Shown piece after piece: positions 28,737 through 37,772 of a stretch of 64,000 nt of DNA. Source of the stretch: Kiritimatiellia bacterium (GTDB taxonomy: Bacteria > Verrucomicrobiota > Kiritimatiellia > JAAZAB01); assembly GCA_040767085.1 (NCBI GenBank), contig JAXGPF010000004.1, positions 313,918-377,917 on the forward strand, written 5' to 3'. Each line of letters opens with the position of its first letter. Position 1 is the first letter of the stretch. The notes beneath the pieces were generated by a model. The model was not told the DNA's origin, ran no database searches, and worked only from the letters and a program-made list of their open reading frames with translations. Made by a program: the position numbers and the translations under genes.

Positions 28737-28794
28737 TGTGTCTCCCAGGGATTGAACTCGCAACCGGCGCCGGCCGCGCCTTGGCCGCGGGTGA

Positions 28795-29700
28795 TCATGG
28801 TTGGCTGCTGTCGTGTTCGGCGTCGTAATTCCGGATTTTTTCGCGGATCGCCGGTTCGGCTTCCTGGTAAATCTCGCGGATATCCGGATCGTTGAAGTTA
28901 TAAACACGGTCTGCAAACCGGGTGCCGGCCAGCCTGTCAAACAGGCGCTGCCGCGCCCCGGCGATATCCTTGCCGTAAATGTGATACGAATCGGCCTGCC
29001 AGTTCATCCGGCCGAGACGGACCATTTTACCGCGGCGCCGGGCCACTTCGGCGGCAATCACATCCCGGTTAAAGAGGGTAAAGCCGAACATATTCATGAA
29101 ATTGGCGCCCCAGGCGTCATTGCTGCGGAACCGGATATTGCAATTCAGGCATTCCGTCCCCTGGTCATCCTCCACGATCCGATACCATATGGATTGCAGG
29201 CAGGGCGGATCGTAGCAATCCAGGTCCAGGTTCGGCATCCAGGTGATCATCTGCGCCTGGCGGGTAAATGGCTGGTCCGACAGCTTGGTAATCACCCGCT
29301 CGATCTGGTTGATGTCCATCGGGCCGGTCCACATGGATTGGCCATCCCGTTTCTCGCGCCATTGACCGTAATGCGCCAGGCGGCCGTGGTAGGTGTATTC
29401 CCAGCGGGTATCGTCGGGATCGTTTAAATTTTTGACCCAGTGATCCTTGATTCCCTGGACTTCCAGGGCATATTCATGCAAATCCTCGATGCCGCCGGGA
29501 AAGGCCTTATGAATCATCGGGTCGGCCAGCGGGTCCAGGATGGTCATGTTCATCGTGCAATCCAGGCTGGGCGGATCGCCCAACTTATCGTATTGCGTGC
29601 GGAACGGGATGCCGTGTTCATACAAGGCAATCAGGGCCTTTTCGTAAGCCTCCGCCAGGCTTTGCTCGCAGACAGTCAGTACCGGGATATTTCCCTGCAT
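28795..29700 (-). CDS. thyA: Thymidylate synthase, divergent (archaeal-like ThyA)
   Basis: YTYHGRL, TRQA, catalytic PPCL, FRSND, conserved Asn (ANFMN), DSYHIY. Confidence 0.8.
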   Translation of the reverse strand: MQGNIPVLTVCEQSLAEAYEKALIALYEHGIPFRTQYDKLGDPPSLDCTMNMTILDPLADPMIHKAFPGGIEDLHEYALEVQGIKDHWVKNLNDPDDTRWEYTYHGRLAHYGQWREKRDGQSMWTGPMDINQIERVITKLSDQPFTRQAQMITWMPNLDLDCYDPPCLQSIWYRIVEDDQGTECLNCNIRFRSNDAWGANFMNMFGFTLFNRDVIAAEVARRRGKMVRLGRMNWQADSYHIYGKDIAGARQRLFDRLAGTRFADRVYNFNDPDIREIYQEAEPAIREKIRNYDAEHDSSQP

Positions 29701-30206
29701 CAGTTTTTCTCCCTCAGGCGGGCCAGGCCCGCGTTACGGGCGGTGCCCCGCCCTCCTCGCGCCCTGCCGGACAGTTTACGCCTGCACCAATGATGATGAT
29801 CACCGGTGAATGACCCCGGCAACCGGCGCGCTTGATCATTCAACAGCGCGCGGTAAGTTTATAAAACTCACTGGCCCATTAAAAGCAAATAATTTACCGG
29901 GGGGATCGTCTGCGGCCAACTTTGCCGGCAGCAGCTCCGGCATCTGCCTGCGTGACGCATGATCCGGCTATCAAACATAGATCAGGCAACTGACAAGTTC
30001 ATGCCGGCTGGAAATGTCCAGCAGGCGGATTATTGCCGCTGCGTAATCCGCCGCTGAAAGCGCCGGATTGAAATGCGCTGGGCATCCTGCCGCGTGAGCG
30101 CGCCTGGCGGCGGACAGCGCGGCGCGGGACGCCGGCCGCCGCCCGCATCTCCCTCCGCCGGCGGCAGGTAAATATGAATTTCCCGGCGGACGGCGCGCGA
30201 ACAGGC

Positions 30207-30305
30207 CTAGGACAGTCCCAGGATCAACGCCGCCCAGCCGGCCAACTCACCCAGCAAACCGATGACGAAATCAATCACTGTGATCATAATACCCGAATTT
30301 TGCAT
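30207..30305 (-). CDS. Possible small hydrophobic peptide (26-32 aa)
   Basis: MQNSGIMITVIDFVIGLLGELAGWAALILGLS*, below the ORF-track cutoff. Weak RBS. Confidence 0.3.
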   Translation of the reverse strand: MQNSGIMITVIDFVIGLLGELAGWAALILGLS

Positions 30306-30638
30306 GAATATTGGCGTTGAACTGATTTTAAGCAATAATAGAGCGTGCAAAATAATTTTTGCACGGTTATCCCCCGTCACCCAGATGGTTACACAAGCAT
30401 AGTTTCAGAAAACGCCAATATTCCCCGGCAGCCGGCCGCGCGATCCGCCGTCGTTAAAACTATGGCGGACAAGTTTTTGGCGCAGGGCTTTGTTGCGCGG
30501 GGTTTTGCGGTATGTTTATACAGCGGCACCTCGCGCGCCGCGCCCTGCGCCAAACTTGCGCGGTGCAAAATCCGGGTAATAGCCGTCCTTATTAACCGCT
30601 TTCATAATCGAACCAGGACGTCTCGCCCCGCGCGGCGC

Positions 30639-30715
30639 TGGCGCGCCCGGCAGGACTTGAACCTGCAACCACCTGATCCGAAGTCAGGTGCTCTGTCCAA
30701 TTGAGCTACGGGCGC
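30639..30715 (-). tRNA. tRNA-Arg (anticodon TCG)
   Basis: Reverse complement GCGCCCGTAGCTCAATTGGACAGAGCA-CCTGA-CTTCGGA-TCAGG-TGGTTGCAGGTTCAAGTCCTGCCGGGCGCGCCA; 77 nt with CCA. Confidence 0.96.
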
Positions 30716-30721
30716 ATCCAA

Positions 30722-31141
30722 TCAATCTAAATCCGGCGAGACCGGGCGGCGGGCGGCTTTCTTGGCGCCATGCTGGCGCTTCTGTTCCACCGTAATCTGG
30801 CGCTGGCGGCGCGACCGCCGGCGTTTCTGGCGCCGGATTTTTTCCGCCGCCTGCCGCCGGGCCGACCGCGCCCCTTCCATCCGCTCCGCCAGGCGCTCGC
30901 ATAACTCGCGCCGGGCCAGGAACCGGTTCATCTCGCGCGACCGGCTGGCCTGGCACTTGACCTCGACGCCGCTGGCCGGGTGGCGCAGGTAAACGCAGGT
31001 GGAGGACTTGTTGACTTTCTGGCCGCCGCTGCCGGAGCCCAGAACGAACTTCTCCACCAGCGTGTTTTCCAATACGCCCAACTCGCGCAGGCGCTGCTCC
31101 AGGGCCTGCCGCTTCTCCGGACTGACCGGGGCGATATTCAT
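30722..31141 (-). CDS. Short GGQ peptidyl-tRNA hydrolase (ArfB/C12orf65-like ribosome rescue factor)
   Basis: EKFVLGSGSGGQKVNK, VKCQASRSREMNR, Arg/Lys-rich C-terminal tail; no codon-recognition domain. Confidence 0.88.
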   Translation of the reverse strand: MNIAPVSPEKRQALEQRLRELGVLENTLVEKFVLGSGSGGQKVNKSSTCVYLRHPASGVEVKCQASRSREMNRFLARRELCERLAERMEGARSARRQAAEKIRRQKRRRSRRQRQITVEQKRQHGAKKAARRPVSPDLD

Positions 31142-31367
31142 CACAAATTCTCTTCGGTATAAAGGGAAAGCTCGGTCATGTTTTCCAATCATCGCCGATG
31201 CGCAGGCGGCCGGCGGCTGGGGATTGACGGGGCTTTTTCATGGCGATTATTATTAACACGCGCGGGCGCGGGATTCAAACCTATAGTTAAACGCCCTAAA
31301 AAAGCATTGACTGACCGGCGGCGTATGGTATGCATGCTTAACTCTAGGACAAAGGCGGCAAAATATC

Positions 31368-32933
31368 ATGCAAAATATTGACGACATCGAACAAATCCTT
31401 AAATCACTGACCTGGGAACAGAAAATCGGCCAGATGCTGATGGCCCGCGGTTTTCACCGGTTCCCGGACGACCTCCGGGAATTGCTGGCAGCCGGCCTGG
31501 TCGGCGGCATCCAGGTCAACGCCCACCTCGACACCCGCGCGGAGATTGCCCGCGCGAAAAGCGCCGCGCCCCTGCCGCTGCTGGTGGCCGCGGATATGGA
31601 AAATGGTTTTTCCGGTCCCGGCTTCGGCGGTACCAACCTCCCCTGCCAGATGGCGCTGGGCGCGATTGGCGATGAAAATACCGCGCACGCGTGGGCGCAG
31701 ATTGCCGCCTTGGAAGCCCGGCAATACGGCGTCAACTTCGCCTTCGGCCCGGTGCTGGACATGGCGATCGAACCGGCCGCGCCCATGGTCAGCACGCGGG
31801 CGCTGCACGCCGATCCGGACGAGGTTATCCGGCTGGGCGCCGCCATCGTGCGCGGCTACCAGAAAAACGGCCTGCACGTTTCCGCCAAGCATTTCCCCGG
31901 CGCCGGCCGGTCGCCGGTGGACAATCACATCGAGATGGCCGCGCTGGATTGCTCCCGGGAGACGCTGGACCGGGAAGAATTGCGAATTTATCGCGAAGTC
32001 ATCCGGCAGACCGGCCTGCGCGGGATCATGTCCGGCCATATCATGGCCCCGGCCATTGACCCGCGGACCATCGCCACGGTTTCACCGGCTATTATCGGCA
32101 CGCTCAAGTCCATGAATTTCCAGGGGGTGCTGGTGACCGACTCGCTGGCGATGAAAGGCATCAAGGGCTATGTGCGCGATGCGGATTTGATTGCCGCGGC
32201 CATGGCCGCCGGCCACCACCTGATCCTGGTGGATTACAACCGCTCCCCCAAGGCGCAATTCCAGCAGATGCTGAAGGCGTTGCAGGATCAGGTTGTTACG
32301 CCGGAATTCGTGGAGGAGGCAGTCCGCCGCATCATGAAAGCCAAACAGCAAATCATAAAAAACACTCCGCCCGCGGATTTCGAGCCGGCGCAGCACGCGC
32401 AAGCGGCGCTGGCAATGAGCCGGCGCGCCATTACCGCCCGGGGCGATATCCGGCCATGGCTCGCTCAAAAGCAGCCCGGCCGGACATTGTTCATCATTGC
32501 CTCATCGGTGAAAGCGGCGATTGACACGGCTGAAATCGGCGGCGGCGGCGCCTCGGGCACTCTCGCCACCCTGCTGCGCCAAAAATTCCCGAACGCGCGC
32601 TTGCACGGCATCAGCGAAATTCCCGATCCGGTGGAAATGGAAGCGACGCTCGACCGGGCATTGGAATTTGACCGGATCGTTTTCCTGGCCGACGCCTTTC
32701 TCCACTCCTACAAGGGCACGGCGGACTTTTCACGTCAATTGCTCGCGCTGATCAGCGGGCTGCGGCGCAAGATCGCCGTCCTGGCGATTTCCGGCAATCC
32801 CTACGCCGCGCGGCATCTCCCGGAGCTGCCATGCGTCCTGTTCGCCTATGACGGCGGCCGCTCCGAGCAGGCGTTAGCCGAGGCGCTCAACGGCGAATTT
32901 ACGCCGCAAGGAAAACTGCCGGTGGAGATTTAA
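31368..32933 (+). CDS. Glycoside hydrolase family 3 (beta-N-acetylhexosaminidase-like)
   Basis: EQKIGQML, ADMENG, FGPVLD, KHFPGAG...DNH, MSGH, VTDSL, GNPY, GKLP. Confidence 0.9.
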   Translation: MQNIDDIEQILKSLTWEQKIGQMLMARGFHRFPDDLRELLAAGLVGGIQVNAHLDTRAEIARAKSAAPLPLLVAADMENGFSGPGFGGTNLPCQMALGAIGDENTAHAWAQIAALEARQYGVNFAFGPVLDMAIEPAAPMVSTRALHADPDEVIRLGAAIVRGYQKNGLHVSAKHFPGAGRSPVDNHIEMAALDCSRETLDREELRIYREVIRQTGLRGIMSGHIMAPAIDPRTIATVSPAIIGTLKSMNFQGVLVTDSLAMKGIKGYVRDADLIAAAMAAGHHLILVDYNRSPKAQFQQMLKALQDQVVTPEFVEEAVRRIMKAKQQIIKNTPPADFEPAQHAQAALAMSRRAITARGDIRPWLAQKQPGRTLFIIASSVKAAIDTAEIGGGGASGTLATLLRQKFPNARLHGISEIPDPVEMEATLDRALEFDRIVFLADAFLHSYKGTADFSRQLLALISGLRRKIAVLAISGNPYAARHLPELPCVLFAYDGGRSEQALAEALNGEFTPQGKLPVEI

Positions 32934-33267
32934 GCGGGGTGGCAGCATCTTCCTTACCTTGTTCCGCCTTATGGTAATATTATCAGGTTTTTGTTAAACC
33001 GGGAACCGCATTGACAGTGCTCCGCTGCGTTTGATAAGATGCAGCATATTCCATTGTTGACTACTGTTTCATGAACCGAATGACCATCCGCGACGGCAGG
33101 CTTATCGTCTTCCCGTGATGGCCGTGTGGAGGCTGGCGATGACGTTGTCGCGCCGCTCTCATACCGCTAGGCACGGCATCTATGTTGATGAGAATTAGGG
33201 TCATGTCTAAATTAACAATATTTCTAAAGCAGAACGGCTCGCACGCCACATCTGCGGCATCCGCGCC

Positions 33268-33384
33268 GACGAAGGCCCCGGCGATGGGGACCACCTCCTG
33301 CCGGAATATGAAAAGCTCCTCACCCAAGTCACCGCTACCCGGGGCAAGCTGAAAACGCAGCTTTTGGAGGCACTGTCGCGATGA
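33268..33384 (+). pseudogene. hsdM: C-terminal remnant of a type I restriction-modification methyltransferase
   Basis: DEGPGDGDHLLPEYEKLLTQVTATRGKLKTQLLEALSR* resembles the HsdM C-terminal helix; overlaps the next start (ATGA). Recognised from memory. Confidence 0.5.
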
Positions 33385-33703
33385 GCGCCGAATCCCTCGT
33401 CCCCGTTCATGGCGGGTACCGGAAGCTCAAGAGTTTTCAGGCTTGGGTGGCGGAGGAACACGGACGGACACGGACAGGCACGGATGGAAAAGGATGCCAG
33501 GAAACGGCCAACAAGCCCGTGTCGAAGCCTGAAGAGCTGGCGGCCAACGCCGCCCTTTCGCTGCTGAACATGGCCTGTTATCTGCTCGACCGTCAATTGA
33601 CAGCCCAGGCGGCTACTTTCGAGAAGGAAGGCGGATTCACCGAAAGGCTCTATCGTGTGCGCGCCGAAGCGCGCGGCAGACAAAAAGGAGGTCGTTCTTG
33701 ACC
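33367..33703 (+). repeat. 337-bp direct repeat, copy 1
   Basis: Matches 34473-34809 with about 12 substitutions by manual count. Confidence 0.95.
33381..33701 (+). pseudogene. Four-helix-bundle suffix-domain protein, internally deleted (copy 1)
   Basis: HGGYRKLKSFQ N-terminus joined directly to AWV...AANAALSLL...YLLDRQ...FEKEGGFTERLYRVR; the bundle core is missing. Confidence 0.7.
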
Positions 33704-33770
33704 GGCAGCCAGCGATTGCTATTTTGAATCAAACTGTTACACTGTTTTATATCAGGAAAGCGAGGTCGCC

Positions 33771-34001
33771 ATGACAGTCCGGATACAACAAGTCCTGGAA
33801 AAAGCCATTCATTTACCGCCTGTTGAGCGGGCCGAACTAGTCGAACAAATTCTTTCAAGCTTTAACCGTCCCTCCCGCGACGAAATCGACGCCCTCTGGG
33901 CAAGAGAAGCGGAAGATCGGATTGATGCCTATGACCAGGGTAAAATTAAGGCAATCCCTGCAAGCCAAGTATTTGAGAGAATCAATAGTCAAAAATCATG
34001 A
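33771..34001 (+). CDS. Addiction module antitoxin (TIGR02574-like)
   Basis: LPPVERAELVEQILSS...IDALWAREAEDRIDAY...IPASQVF; overlaps the toxin start. Confidence 0.88.
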   Translation: MTVRIQQVLEKAIHLPPVERAELVEQILSSFNRPSRDEIDALWAREAEDRIDAYDQGKIKAIPASQVFERINSQKS

Positions 34002-34306
34002 GAATAGAATTTCTCGATACGGCTGACGCTGAATTTGTCGAGACTATAACCTATTATAACCTTCAAAGCGAAGGGCTTGGTTATGAGTTCGCGGCCGAGA
34101 TCAAAAGGACCATAGAACGCATTTTACAATTTCCGAGTGCTTGGTCGCCTATTTCAAAACGTACTCGACGTTGCCGAACAAACAGATTCCCGTATGGCCT
34201 GATCTATCAAATCCGGAGTAATACAATCCTGATTGTGGCCGTCCAGAACCTCCATAAGCATCCTGATTCTTGGAAGTCCAGGCTCAAACCGGGGCAAGTT
34301 TTTTAA
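33998..34306 (+). CDS. RelE/ParE family toxin
   Basis: AEFVETITYY...GLGYEF...RRCRTNRFPYGLIY...ILIVAV..H. Confidence 0.88.
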   Translation: MRIEFLDTADAEFVETITYYNLQSEGLGYEFAAEIKRTIERILQFPSAWSPISKRTRRCRTNRFPYGLIYQIRSNTILIVAVQNLHKHPDSWKSRLKPGQVF

Positions 34307-34310
34307 TTTA

Positions 34311-34428
34311 CCCCTGAATCCGTGATGAGGTCAGTATGCCGGCGCGACGGCAAGGGCGCCGGTGTATAAGCACACTCCCAGCCCTTGCCAACAATGCAGA
34401 TGCGGCATAATGGCCTCACCCAAAGGGC
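34311..34428. mobile_element. MITE-like palindromic element
   Basis: Nested inverted repeats tgaggtcagtatgccg/cggcataatggcctca, ggcaaggg/cccttgcc and gtgt/acac. Its left end recurs at 2761 and 59922. Confidence 0.5.
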
Positions 34429-34472
34429 GGTCTTCCGTCACAAAACGGCACTGATTGTTTTAGTGATATTAT

Positions 34473-34809
34473 GAGGCACTGTCGCGATGAGCGCCGAATC
34501 CCTCGTCCCCGTTCATGGCGGGTACCGGAAGCTCAAGAGTTTTCAGGCTTGGGTGGCGGAGGAACACGGACGGACACGGACAGGCACGGATGGAAAAGGA
34601 CGCCAGGAAACGGCCGACAAGCCCGTGTCGAAGCCTGAAGAACTGGCGGCCAACGCCGCCCTTTCGCTGCTGAACCTGGCCTGTTATCTCCTCGACCGCC
34701 AACAGACAGCCCAGGCTACTGCTTTCGAGAAGGAAGGCGGATTCACCGAACGGCTCTATCGTGTGCGCGCCGAAGCGCGCGGCAGACAAAAAGGAGGTCG
34801 TTCTTGACC
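34473..34809 (+). repeat. 337-bp direct repeat, copy 2
   Basis: Matches 33367-33703. Confidence 0.95.
34487..34807 (+). pseudogene. Four-helix-bundle suffix-domain protein, internally deleted (copy 2)
   Basis: Near-identical to 33381-33701, with the same deletion junction (KSFQ/AWV). Confidence 0.7.
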
Positions 34810-35179
34810 CCAACATACTTGATCCCCTCCATTCCACGGAGCATGCCCGCCAGCGTAAGACCTGGTCCGCCGGCCATTGTCCTTGCCCGTCCGTGTCCGC
34901 CCTTGCCTGCCTATGTCCCGAAGAATAAGGAGAACACAAGGAAAACAAGGGCCAGCGCCCTCTAAAGTGTCGGTGCTTGTCTATTTGTTGGCACTCAAAC
35001 ATAGTCACTTGCCGCTACCAGCGACGATCTTTCCCCCTCCGGGGGATTGCGTTTGCCGATGTGCCCCACACCCTGTTTTAGATTCTCTTAAAAAAGTGAT
35101 TACAAGGCTTGACTAATTTGACATCAACTGTATAGTACTGCTTAAGTGTATTTTTACTTTGCTATACGCGAGTCGCATA

Positions 35180-36244
35180 ATGCTTCCGAAAAATACCGAA
35201 AACAATTCGCATCTGCCGGTTTATATGCGCATCCGGCAACAGGTTTTGAGCAGGACATCCCGTATCGGCGAAGGCGGCAATCGTAAATTTTTATCGGTGC
35301 GCAAACTGGCCGATACCTACAACGTCAGCGTGCCGACGGCAGTCAAGGCCGTTAAACAACTGGTCGCGGACGGCGTGCTGATTGCCCGGCGCGGACTGGG
35401 CACCTTCGTTGTCGCCGGGGGGGACAATAACGCGGGATGCATCGGGTTGATTGTAAGCAGCGGCGCAAGTATTCATTTTGGACGCGTTTGCTTGAAGATC
35501 ATGGGCGGGGTATTCGAAGTCATGGCCGACACCACTTGCGCCTTACAATTAATAAATAACGGCAATCGTAATGACGCCCTCCTCCACGAAACGCGCATGG
35601 CAAAGTTGGATGGTGTAATCTGGATTGATCCCAGCCAGGCATGCATATCTTCGCTGAAAATGCTTGAAAAAGCAGGGATGAAGGTGGTTGGCGTTGATTT
35701 GCGCCAAAGAGGCACAACGCCATGCTCTATCGCCTCGGACTGGTATGGCGAAGTCTATTGCATGACCGACTATCTGCTGTCCATGGGCCACAAGAAATTT
35801 GTTCTAGCCACGCAGGCCATACAGGCGCTAGAGGGAGACGGGCTTTATGCGAGTGTTAAGAAGGGGTTTGCCGATGCCTGCCGCGCGCATGGAGTCCGCC
35901 CAAGCACCCCCCCGATGATCGTGCGCGATGATTTTGCCGCGCGTCTGGAAACATTGTTGGATTTGAGAAGGGATTTAACGGCGCTGGCTATCGACAGCAA
36001 ATTCTTCCAACCGGCGTTGAAAATCCTGGCCGATCGAAAACGCCGGGTGCCGCGGGATGTTGCCATCATCACCGAAGATGACCATATTACCATGGATTTA
36101 AAATACCCAACGCCGACAAGGGTAGCCCGCCCGCTGCGCCAACTCGGTGAAACCGCCGCGCGCAAGATGATCGAATGGATCAAAACCGGTCAGACGCCCC
36201 CATCGGAAGTTCTGGACTGGAAAATCATCAAGGGCGACACATAA
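35180..36244 (+). CDS. GntR-HTH regulator with LacI-type sugar-sensing domain
   Basis: SVRKLADTYNVSVPT...RRGLGTFV; LDGVI, YLLSMGHKK, RVPRDVAII, PTPT. TTGACT-N16-TATAGT upstream at 35109-35136. Confidence 0.88.
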   Translation: MLPKNTENNSHLPVYMRIRQQVLSRTSRIGEGGNRKFLSVRKLADTYNVSVPTAVKAVKQLVADGVLIARRGLGTFVVAGGDNNAGCIGLIVSSGASIHFGRVCLKIMGGVFEVMADTTCALQLINNGNRNDALLHETRMAKLDGVIWIDPSQACISSLKMLEKAGMKVVGVDLRQRGTTPCSIASDWYGEVYCMTDYLLSMGHKKFVLATQAIQALEGDGLYASVKKGFADACRAHGVRPSTPPMIVRDDFAARLETLLDLRRDLTALAIDSKFFQPALKILADRKRRVPRDVAIITEDDHITMDLKYPTPTRVARPLRQLGETAARKMIEWIKTGQTPPSEVLDWKIIKGDT

Positions 36245-36305
36245 ACCATTCCTGTATTTTTTAAATGTCTTGGGCTTAACCTGTAACACCTAATCAGGGG
36301 GAAAA

Positions 36306-37718
36306 ATGATAAAACAAGCAAATTCATTCCAGACAGGTTTGTTGCTTGTGACGGTTGCATTTTCGGCTTGGTCCGCGCCGGATCGGTTTGTTTCCCCGGA
36401 TGGCGGCAACCAGTGGCCGTTCACCAACTGGGACATGGCGACCCCCGACTTATGCCTGGCTGTCAACACGGCCAACAGCAATAACGCCGGCGATGTCGTT
36501 TGGATCGCCACCGGGGTTTATGCGCCGGCCGCAAAAATAGTGGTCAGCAATACCATTGTGCGGGGGATCACCAGCAACGCCGAGGATATTGTCATCACCG
36601 GCAATGGAGAGCATGAATGTTTTATTTTAAGCCATCCGGACGCGATACTCGACAGTGTGACGCTCTCCAACGGCTACTATGAAACCGTCTATCGCGGCGG
36701 CGCGCTGACCATCTATAGCGGCACTGTCGTCAATTCAATCATCGGTTGGAGTTACGCCGCCCACGGGGGCGGTGTTTACATCCAGGGCTCATCGCTGGAA
36801 AGCGCTTTGGTTGATCGTTGCCGGATTATGAGCAATAGCTGCCTGCAGACGGGCGGAGGCGTGTCATTTGTCCGGGGCGGTGGAACAATCCGTGATTCCA
36901 CCATTGCCGGCAATTGGACTACTTCCGGCACCATCCCGTACGGCGGCGGCATCGGAACGTATCAAGCGACAAATGTTGCCATACTTGACTGTCTGGTTCA
37001 TAGCAATACATCTCAGTCGTATGGCGGCGGGATTTATTGCACAGCCTCCGGGACAGCCCGCGTTTGGAATTGTGTAGTTGAAAACAATTATGCGAATGGA
37101 TCAGGCAGCGGCCTCTATGTTGGCGGTGCCAATAATGCAGATATAAGAAATTCTATTTTCCGTTACAATACGACTGCTAATAATGGCGGCGGCGTGTGTA
37201 TGATTTCGCCAGGCAGTTTGCGCTCATGCCTTATGGTGAGTAATCTTGCGAATGGTTCGCATGGCGGCGGCGGGATTTACCTGCGATACGCGCCTGAAAT
37301 CGAAAATTGCACGGTTACTGCCAATACAGGTTACCGCGGCGGCGGGATTTATCAGTATCTTGAGAAATCTGCTGTTTTCCGGAATTGCGTGGTTTATGAT
37401 AACATCAAAACGAGCGCCTCCTACGCCACCGAATTTGATATAGGCGGCGCAATTGATTCCACTCAGTTTTTCCATTGTTGTTCATCGCGCGATCTTGGCG
37501 CGTCGCAAAACAACATCACCAACCCTCCGCTTTGGGTGGCGGTGGACAATTACCGCCTTCAATCCGATTCGCCCTGCATCAATACGGGCACAAACCGAGA
37601 ATGGATGGCCGGCACGCTTGACCTGGAAGGCCGCACGCGTCCGGATCGGTTTCGCGGCATAGTTGACATGGGCGCTTACGAATACATTGAGAGAGGTTTT
37701 TTGTTTTACGCAAGATAA
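36306..37718 (+). CDS. Secreted parallel beta-helix repeat protein (choice-of-anchor Q-like C-terminus)
   Basis: Signal peptide; many GGG(I/V)Y...NC...N repeats; YRLQSDSPCINTG...DLEGRTR...VDMGAYEY. Confidence 0.85.
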   Translation: MIKQANSFQTGLLLVTVAFSAWSAPDRFVSPDGGNQWPFTNWDMATPDLCLAVNTANSNNAGDVVWIATGVYAPAAKIVVSNTIVRGITSNAEDIVITGNGEHECFILSHPDAILDSVTLSNGYYETVYRGGALTIYSGTVVNSIIGWSYAAHGGGVYIQGSSLESALVDRCRIMSNSCLQTGGGVSFVRGGGTIRDSTIAGNWTTSGTIPYGGGIGTYQATNVAILDCLVHSNTSQSYGGGIYCTASGTARVWNCVVENNYANGSGSGLYVGGANNADIRNSIFRYNTTANNGGGVCMISPGSLRSCLMVSNLANGSHGGGGIYLRYAPEIENCTVTANTGYRGGGIYQYLEKSAVFRNCVVYDNIKTSASYATEFDIGGAIDSTQFFHCCSSRDLGASQNNITNPPLWVAVDNYRLQSDSPCINTGTNREWMAGTLDLEGRTRPDRFRGIVDMGAYEYIERGFLFYAR

Positions 37719-37772
37719 GACTTCGAACAGATGTTGCGGTTTATTTTAAATGCGTACAGGAGTAAATATATC

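Noticed and set aside
33130-33200. Fluoride riboswitch-like GGCGATG...ACCGC...TGATG sequence
   Set aside because: The pseudoknot complement is missing and no fluoride-related gene follows.
33704-34470. Integron cassette carrying the TA pair
   Set aside because: No clear attC (RYYYAAC...GTTRRRY) boundaries and no integron integrase.
33367-34809. Diversity-generating retroelement (Avd-like four-helix bundle plus a near-identical repeat pair as TR/VR)
   Set aside because: The substitutions are not confined to adenines of one copy (T/C, G/C and G/T occur), and there is no reverse transcriptase in the window.
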